Origin: Eledone cirrhosa | Lineage: Eukaryota | Direction: 5' to 3' | Length of the DNA stretch: 64,000 nucleotides | NCBI GenBank assembly: GCA_964016885.1 | Contig: OZ024748.1 | Coordinates: 32,116,001-32,180,000 of the forward strand | In this document: positions 55,655 to 64,000 of the stretch, in pieces | Layout: each line of letters starts with the position of its first letter | Position numbering within the stretch: position 1 is the stretch's first letter | The notes under the pieces: model-generated | The model's input: only the letters and a program-made list of their open reading frames with translations | What the model was told of the DNA's origin: nothing | Database searches by the model: none | Program-made: the position numbers and the translations under genes

Positions 55655-57843
55655 AATTATATTAAATAAATGGAAACTATATTTATAAAACCATATTTGT
55701 TTTATTATATATATTTCAAGGGCAACCTAGACAACATTGGTTCGCTTTCATCAGATAAAATACAAAGTTTGTTTTATAAATAGAGACATATCCATGAAAA
55801 ACATACCTGATCGGTTGGAAATTCACTGGATAGTGGAAATATATTAGGGGTTATTCAAACTTATGTGTGAATATGCAAATGAATATGTAAATAATTGAAA
55901 AACAACCGTTTATTTAAATTACACTGGAGAAAGAGAGAGAGAAAAAAAGGGATAGAAAAAATAAAAATATTACGACAGAGATAGTGAGAAGAAATTAACA
56001 AGAGGATGAATAAAACTCATATAACGTAATTTGGGGGAAATATATTCTAAGTATATATGTAATGTTACGTGTATTTACGATTAATTAGTTGTTAAAATTC
56101 TTTTCTAATATAATAATTTCTGTTATAAGTATATAGAAAAATAAATAGATAGAAGAATAGATAGAAAAATAGATAGAAAAATAAATAGAAAAATAAAAGA
56201 ATAGATAGGAAAATATATAGAAAAATAAAAAATAATAGAAAAATAAATAGAAAAATGAAAAATAAAATACCAGAGATGACCGGTGATTTATATCGTGATG
56301 ATATGCTGCTTTTAATTGAAAACCATAGTAATTGTGAAATTAATAGAAAAAGAAAATCAATAATACAATTCTTCAATAGCTACAACCTTAAGTTAGAAAT
56401 AGAAAATAACTATAAAATTGTTAATTTTTTAGACGTAACATTAAACCTTAACACAGGGCTCTACTATCCATTCCATCAAATTAATGAGAATCTAAACTAT
56501 GTAAGTTTTAACTCCAATCATCCTAGATCTATCAATAACACTATTGTTAATCCTATCCAACAAAGTATTTCACGCATTTCCGCTAATAAAAAATATTTTT
56601 TAATGATAAGGCAGAATATTATAATGAAGCTTTAAATAGACCAGGCTATTTAGATAAGATTAAATACATCGACAACAGTGATAAGGCAAATAACCCTACT
56701 ATTAATTATAAATCTAACTTAAACTCTAAAATTAACAGAAGAAATAGAACTAGAAATATTATTTGGTATTCACCCCCATTTTCATCAAGCATTAAAACAC
56801 CTTTTACAAAGCTATTCTTTAAAGCACTAGATAAATGTTTTCCTAAAGCCCATAGATACCACTCAATCTTTAACAGACACACTATAAAACTATCCTACTC
56901 TACTACTATGAACATAGCACAGAATATAAATAGAATCAATAATAGAAATTTAAAACATAACCAAAATAGCAGTAATATCTCTAGCAATATCCAACATAAT
57001 AGTACCGTTCTGAATAATAACAACAACTCAGCAAAATATAACTGTAGAATTAAAGTAAACTGTCCTTTACAAAATAAGTGTTTAGATAAGAACGTGGTCT
57101 ATAAATGTACAGTCAAAACCAGTGATAATATATTTAACTATGTAGGTGCAACTTCTACAGAATTTAAAACTCGCTGGAATAATCACAAATGCTCTTTCCA
57201 AAGATTTAATTAAAAATCTTCAACTTCTCTTTCAAACCTGATATTGAACTTAAAATGCAAAAATATGGACTATCTTTAACTAATTATTTTTAATTCTTTA
57301 TTTCTTTAATTTTTTATATATTTTTTAAAATTACTTTTTATTTAAAAAATTACTTATAAATTATTTTAAAAAAATTTTCCAGAATTTTTAATATTTTTTC
57401 AATATCTTTTATTAATTCTGGCTAAATATATCTTTCAACATTTATAGTCTCATACTAACGAATAAATAAACAAAACTGGAGTTTTTTCCGTATCTTCCCA
57501 TTTGTAAAAATATAAAAATATATAAATATAAATATTCTTATCAACTCAGTTAACTTAATTTAATTTAAACTTACATTAAATACAAAACCAATATCCCTCA
57601 TAACTCATTTATCGATATACCCATCGATATACCCATCTATTCATTTATTTATATATTTATCTATTTATCTATTTATCTATTTATTTATTTATTTACTTAT
57701 TTATTTATCAATTTTTTATTTTTCTATTTATTTATTTTTTCATTTTTCTATTTATTTTCTATTATTTTTTTATTTTTCTATATATTTTCCTATCTATTCT
57801 TTTATTTTTCTATTTATTTTTCTATCTATTTTTCTATCTATAC
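55655..57843 (+). mobile_element. Penelope-like element: inverted 3' UTR/pLTR (55655-56270, minus) joined to a 5'-truncated sense ORF and 3' UTR (56270-57843)
   Basis: LYRDDML, NFLDVTLNL and CRIKVNCPLQNKCLDKNVVY...YVGATSTEFKTRWNNH; 56130-56268 is the reverse complement of ~57715-57843. Confidence 0.85.
55700..55760 (-). ncRNA. Minimal hammerhead ribozyme
   Basis: ttttat-CTGATGA-aag.aacc/loop/ggtt.ctt-GAAA-tatata-TA-ataaaa. Confidence 0.75.
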
Positions 57844-59336
57844 TTTGCAATGGTTTTCTATATTGCATTCAAGAATTGTGAGCATGGTGTTTAGATCTAC
57901 TATCAAACCTCAGGCAACATATTTAACATCAGGCGCTTTGCTGCAAAGACAAAAGTATTTACATCAATCATAAGAGACCTCTTGTATGCAGATGATTGCG
58001 ATCTTGTAGCGCACACAGAGAGTGATATGCAGCACATTTTGAATGCATTTTCTGATGATTGCACTGCCCTAGGATTGACTGTCAGTCTCAAGAAAACCGT
58101 CGTCATGTACCAACCTGCCCCTGGTAAGCAGTACAGTGAACCAAATATCTATGTGTATGGTAAACGACTTGGAGTGGTTGATCAGTTTGTCTACCTGGGA
58201 AGCACCGTCAAACGATACAGCAACCTTAATAATGAAATCCCACTCAGGATTAGGAAAGCAAGTGATGCTTTCGGAAAGCTAGAAAGGCGACTCTGGGGGT
58301 CGGCGAGACATATACAAGAAGACAAAGGTAAAGGTTTACAAGGCATGTGTGCTCTCTTCTCTTCTTTATGCCTGCGAGACCTGGGTCACATATCGACACC
58401 ACCTTAAGTAATTGGAGCGTTTCCATCAGATGTGTCTCAGACGGATCCATGGCGTTCACTGGAAGGACCACATCAGTGATGTTGAGATGTTGGAAAGCTC
58501 TCTGTGAGACAGTATAGAAGCTCTTGTGCTTAAGCAACGACTCCGTTGGAGTGGTCACCTTGCCAGGATGAAGGATTCTAGAATACCAAAACAACTCTTT
58601 TATGGAGAGTTAGTTAAAGGAAAACGACCGCCACATAAACCAAAAAAGAGGTATAAGCATTCCTTGAAAGCCTCTTTGAAAGACGCTAACATCTCTGCTG
58701 ATACATGGGAAAATGTTGCTGCTGATCGTAATAAATGGAGAAAGACTGTATATGAGGGAAAAGTTGCCTTTGAGGCATCTCGAATAGCATACAAGAAAGT
58801 AAAGCGGGATGTGAACAAGTGCATTGCTGTTGCACTTCCAGACGGCGAAGGTCCTCCTATGGTGCTGATATGAAGCATCTGTGCGAGACTCTGCCTAAGC
58901 AAAGCTGGACTAGAAAGTCATCTTCGCAGTCATAGAGTGAGATCCGTGGTTGACTACCAGGCTGCTGTTGGAGATGCTACACATCATGCTTCCCAAGCAT
59001 GTGGTAGAGAATGTAAATCAGCAGTAGGGCTCAAACAACATGCAAAAGTACATGAACTCCAACCACGGCCGGCTATTCCCAGTGAATATTTTGGTTGCCG
59101 ACTCTGTGCAAGACATTTTAGATCATTGGCTGGTCTAAAAAGCCACATTCGATCGCAGCGCTGTTAATTGCTGACGCGTGTGTGTGTGTGTGTAGATATG
59201 TTTATGTGTGTGCGCGTGTGTGTATATATATATATGTATATTATTATTGTTGTTGTTCACGTTATTATTATTATTATTGTTGTTATGTTTTTTTTCGTGT
59301 AATGGCCATACTCGATAACGAGGGGGCAGCCATCAT
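57844..59336 (+). mobile_element. 5'-truncated RTE-BovB-like LINE with three C-terminal C2H2-like fingers
   Basis: LYADDCDLVAH, FVYLGS and RLRWSGHLARM...RIPKQLFYGEL; finger remnants at ~58870-59165; 3' end gcagccatcat. Confidence 0.88.
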
Positions 59337-59339
59337 GTG

Positions 59340-59401
<62 letters not shown>

Positions 59402-59517
59402 AGTATATATATATATTTATATATATGTATATAAGTATATATATATATATGTATATATATAAGTATATATATATATATATATAAGTATATATATATATAT
59501 ATATGTATATATATAAG

Positions 59518-59560
<43 letters not shown>

Positions 59561-59605
59561 GTATATATATATGTATATATATATGTATATATATATATGT
59601 ATATC

Positions 59606-59660
59606 TGTTAGAACACGAAAAGTGTGAAACAACAGAATGTTCACTTTTCGTGTTCTAACA
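59606..59660. repeat. Perfect 19-bp inverted repeat with 17-bp spacer
   Basis: tgttagaacacgaaaagtg / cacttttcgtgttctaaca. Confidence 0.9.
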
Positions 59661-59833
59661 TATATGCCTAACTTCTTCATAAATTTTCCGGGGATAGCCG
59701 TGGTGGTGGTGATCGTATGTCATTGGCTAATTTTCAACCAATCAGAGTAAGTGTTGATATATATATATATATATACTATTCCCCCTCTCTCTATATATAT
59801 CTTACGCTTTCGCTTTACACTCCTCCCCTTCAA

Positions 59834-60530
<697 letters not shown>

Positions 60531-61665
60531 TATATTTGTTACTCTATCGCTGCACGCTCCTCTCCTTCAATATATCAATTACACACTTACGCTTTACACT
60601 CCTTTATCCCCAGCGCCCCTATATATACCCCCCCCCCGCATCTATATGTTAATGTTCCGTTGCACCGTGAATATATGTGTCTATATATATATACATATAT
60701 ATTGTATATACACATTCATGTATGTGTATACACACTCATGTATGTATATACACTGGTTTTATGTGTGTATTGTAAATTTGTACTGTTAAAACACGAAACT
60801 AACATTCGATTGACACTTTGATTACCTGTACAGGCAATAGTTATTAGAATGCTGTTGAAGTGTGTATATATTTTGGGGGGACATCCTGTATATACACACA
60901 TTATATATAATACAATAAACAGATAAATACACACATATATATATGAGCTTATTTAATTATAAATATTGTGAATTTTTAACTCAGTTCAATTATATATATA
61001 AATGGCTTCTACAGGACTAGAACTGTTTCATTCGAAAGAAATCATCATAATATTGAGAGGGGGGACTAGATAAAATATTTCAAATCAAATGTGTATAAGT
61101 TATAAGTTAAAATGTATAAATAGAGACGATAGTGGAGGTATATCTGTTTAGTGGAACAGTAGACGATAGAATTAAATACAGACGAGAATCTCCCTTTAAT
61201 GAAACAGCAGACGATAGAATTAAGGCAATTTAAATTTTAAGCATTTGCATTTTTGCCTTTCATCGTTACGGGGTCGATAAAATAAAGTACCAGTAATACA
61301 CTGTCACTATAAGTAGACGACTTTCAAATTGAATTGTTGGTTCCATTTCTTTAGTATTTTCAATTGTAGTTATCTACTTAAAAAGCGTTACACGGTTAGA
61401 GACATAATTGGTAAGTTATATCTTCCCTATTAAACCATTGCATTATTTCGCCTACAATGGAACAAAAATGAAATGTTCTTTAAAGAAACAGGAATATAAC
61501 TTTATAAAAAAAAAAGTTGCATCCGCTTCTTTTATCATTGATCATTTTTTCGTTTTAATATTAATTGTTTTTTGTAGTTGTTTATATTAAAAATCTTACT
61601 GTAATATTTACTTAAACGAAGGCAGACATCTAAACTTATAGATTAATCTTGAGCGAAGGACTAGA

Positions 61666-61975
<310 letters not shown>

Positions 61976-61994
61976 TGAATTTCTCCTAAGTATT

Positions 61995-64000
61995 TGTAGT
62001 GGCTGAGATGGTCGCTTGGTAGCTAGCAGTTGCCTCCCCTTAACAACCCTTCAGGGAAGGGAGGCAAAAATACACCCGGACACAGCCACAGGTTCACACA
62101 CTCTTTTTGGACCACGGACATGAACAGACGTGGAAAGACCCGCTCCTCAAAATATTGACGTTGTAGGAAATTTACTAAATTATTGCATTAAATAAAATGA
62201 TTGTTAGACTTGATTGTGCATTTATTTATTCGACAAAGAGAAACATCACTTTTCTTTATTGGCGACCCTGACGATAAAGAATGAAAACGCAGCCTATTGG
62301 AGTCCGAAATTCTTTTTAACGGCAATGTGGAATGGCTTAACATTTGGAATGTCCGAATCACTTAGCGTAAGTCCATAAAATTCATTATATTCCATTTGTT
62401 ATAGCACGCATACAGACAAACACAAAAATACAACACACAACAAAAAAAAAAAAAAAAAAAAAAAAAGGATTTCTCTGGAAATAGAATTTTGCTTCCAACA
62501 TTCTGTGGAAATTACAAATGGAGATATTTCGTTTTCCCGCGTTCAGCCTGTCTTCTCCAATCCCAGCCATCTGATTGGCTGCATCGTGCCTCATGACGGC
62601 TTCATCACGGACACATTTTTAAATCAGCCATCTTGGATTATCTTACCATCAATTTTCATGGAAAATGATTTTTTTTTATTATTAAAATTTTCTTTGGAAT
62701 ATATTTTTTTAAAGAAAAAAATTACCAGCAATCAGCAGCAACACCTGGCTAACTATTGACCAACACCAAAAAGTCATCAAATACGTGGCACCATGAGTCA
62801 ACATCATTTGCCGTCCTTCGCAGGCGACATCAAGTTGTGGTTTGCGCAGCTGGAATGTTTCTTCGAATTGACGAGGACAAAGGAACAGCATAAGCTGAAG
62901 GTCCTGATCAATGGCCTACCTGTTTCCTTGGCATTCTCGGCGAGGGACGTTGTGACGGATTTAGACGCCGGCGTTACCTACGGCTCATTAAAAAAAGAAA
63001 TCCTTCGCCGAAATACCAAGTCGGTAGAGAGCCGTTTTCGGGAGTTGTTGGACGATGCTCAAATGGGTGACAGGAAGCCGAGCTCCGATTTGCGACATTT
63101 GCGGGAGTTGAGCGACTCCCAGGGGATTGACACCCCCTTCATAAAGCAACTTTTTTTCTCACGCCTACCACCAAGTGCGCAAAGAATATTGGTCAATAGT
63201 TTAGAGAAGGATTCACTGGAGCAACTTGCCGCGTAGGATACTTGAGGTGGACTCGAACAGCAATCAGCATAACCCATATGTGGCTTCAGCTTGCGTCCCT
63301 CCACGCAGTTCTTGTGGCCGACGGCAAACTGTTGGAGTTGATTGAAGCTCTCACCAAAAAGGTAGAGGATTTGACGGTACATCACAGAGAGCCTTCTCAA
63401 TGTTTGAGGTATCGTTCGCCGCCGTCCTCTATTCATCGCCAGCACTACAACGCAGGCAACAATAATTCTTCGTTGTGTTGGTACCATGCTAACTTCGGCA
63501 GTAGGGCGCAACGTTGTCGCACGCCCTGTGATTATAAGAGATCGGGAAACGCCAAGCAGAGCCACTAGGAGCGGCTAGTGAACTCTGGGAAAACCGACCG
63601 AACCGCCATCTTTTCGTATACGACCTGCGGTCAAAAAAATTTTTCCTTGTCGATACTGGCGCGTCGCTGAGTATTTGGCCAGTCAGTTATCTCAAAAAAA
63701 GCCCAGCCGAAGCAGATATAAATCTACGAGCAGTCAACCACACGGCCATTCGAACGTATGGGCAAATTTCGCTTCCTCTTCGGTTAAAAAATTTGCGGCG
63801 TGATTTGAGGTGGAAGTTTACTGTCGCCGACTTGCCATACGCCATTTTGGGAGCGGATTTTCTCCACCATTTTTCCTTGTTGGTGGACATTCGCAGACAA
63901 CGCCTTGTTGATGCTGAAACAGGCCTTTCTTTCGAGGGTTCAGAGCCGGACGTCGCCACCGTCAGCCCTTCCTTTTTCTTGGCTGAAGTGGGCAACCAGT
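61995..64000 (+). mobile_element. Gypsy LTR retrotransposon 5' part (putative LTR, PBS, gag, protease); continues beyond the window
   Basis: tgtagtgg start and PBS tggcgaccctgacg at 62260. Gag 62793-63568 (LWFAQLE, MGDRKPS, CWYHANFGSRAQRCRTPC) is interrupted at 63236; protease LVDTGAS at ~63647. Confidence 0.88.

Noticed and set aside
60860-60890. Single Tc1/mariner-like terminus (tacaggatgtcccccc)
   Set aside because: No partner TIR or transposase found.

Overview
AT-rich eukaryotic (animal) genomic DNA, most likely a coleoid cephalopod such as Octopus. This is an inference from the [12 protein letters not shown]-type C2H2 arrays, the (TA)n density and the SINE/RTE families. The window holds one intact tandem C2H2 zinc-finger gene (12 fingers, minus strand, 27357-28463) and a paralogous ~18-finger pseudogene (50760-52319). 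Almost everything else is transposon-derived: several Penelope-like elements (YRDD RT plus C-terminal GIY-YIG, Hydra-clade-like), three Gypsy LTR elements, several RTE LINEs with a PHD-like finger inside the ORF, RTE-BovB-like and CR1-like fragments, tRNA-derived SINEs, a DD37D-type mariner remnant and MITEs. The most notable unannotated signal is about ten minimal hammerhead-ribozyme motifs from several Penelope-like families, including core variants and palindromic stem III forms. Also notable are a 61-bp minisatellite derived from RTE coding sequence, a Mutator-type MITE whose empty site lies in a paralogous segment of the same window, and two RTEs inserted into one minisatellite. All structures and alignments were read by eye; no searches were run.
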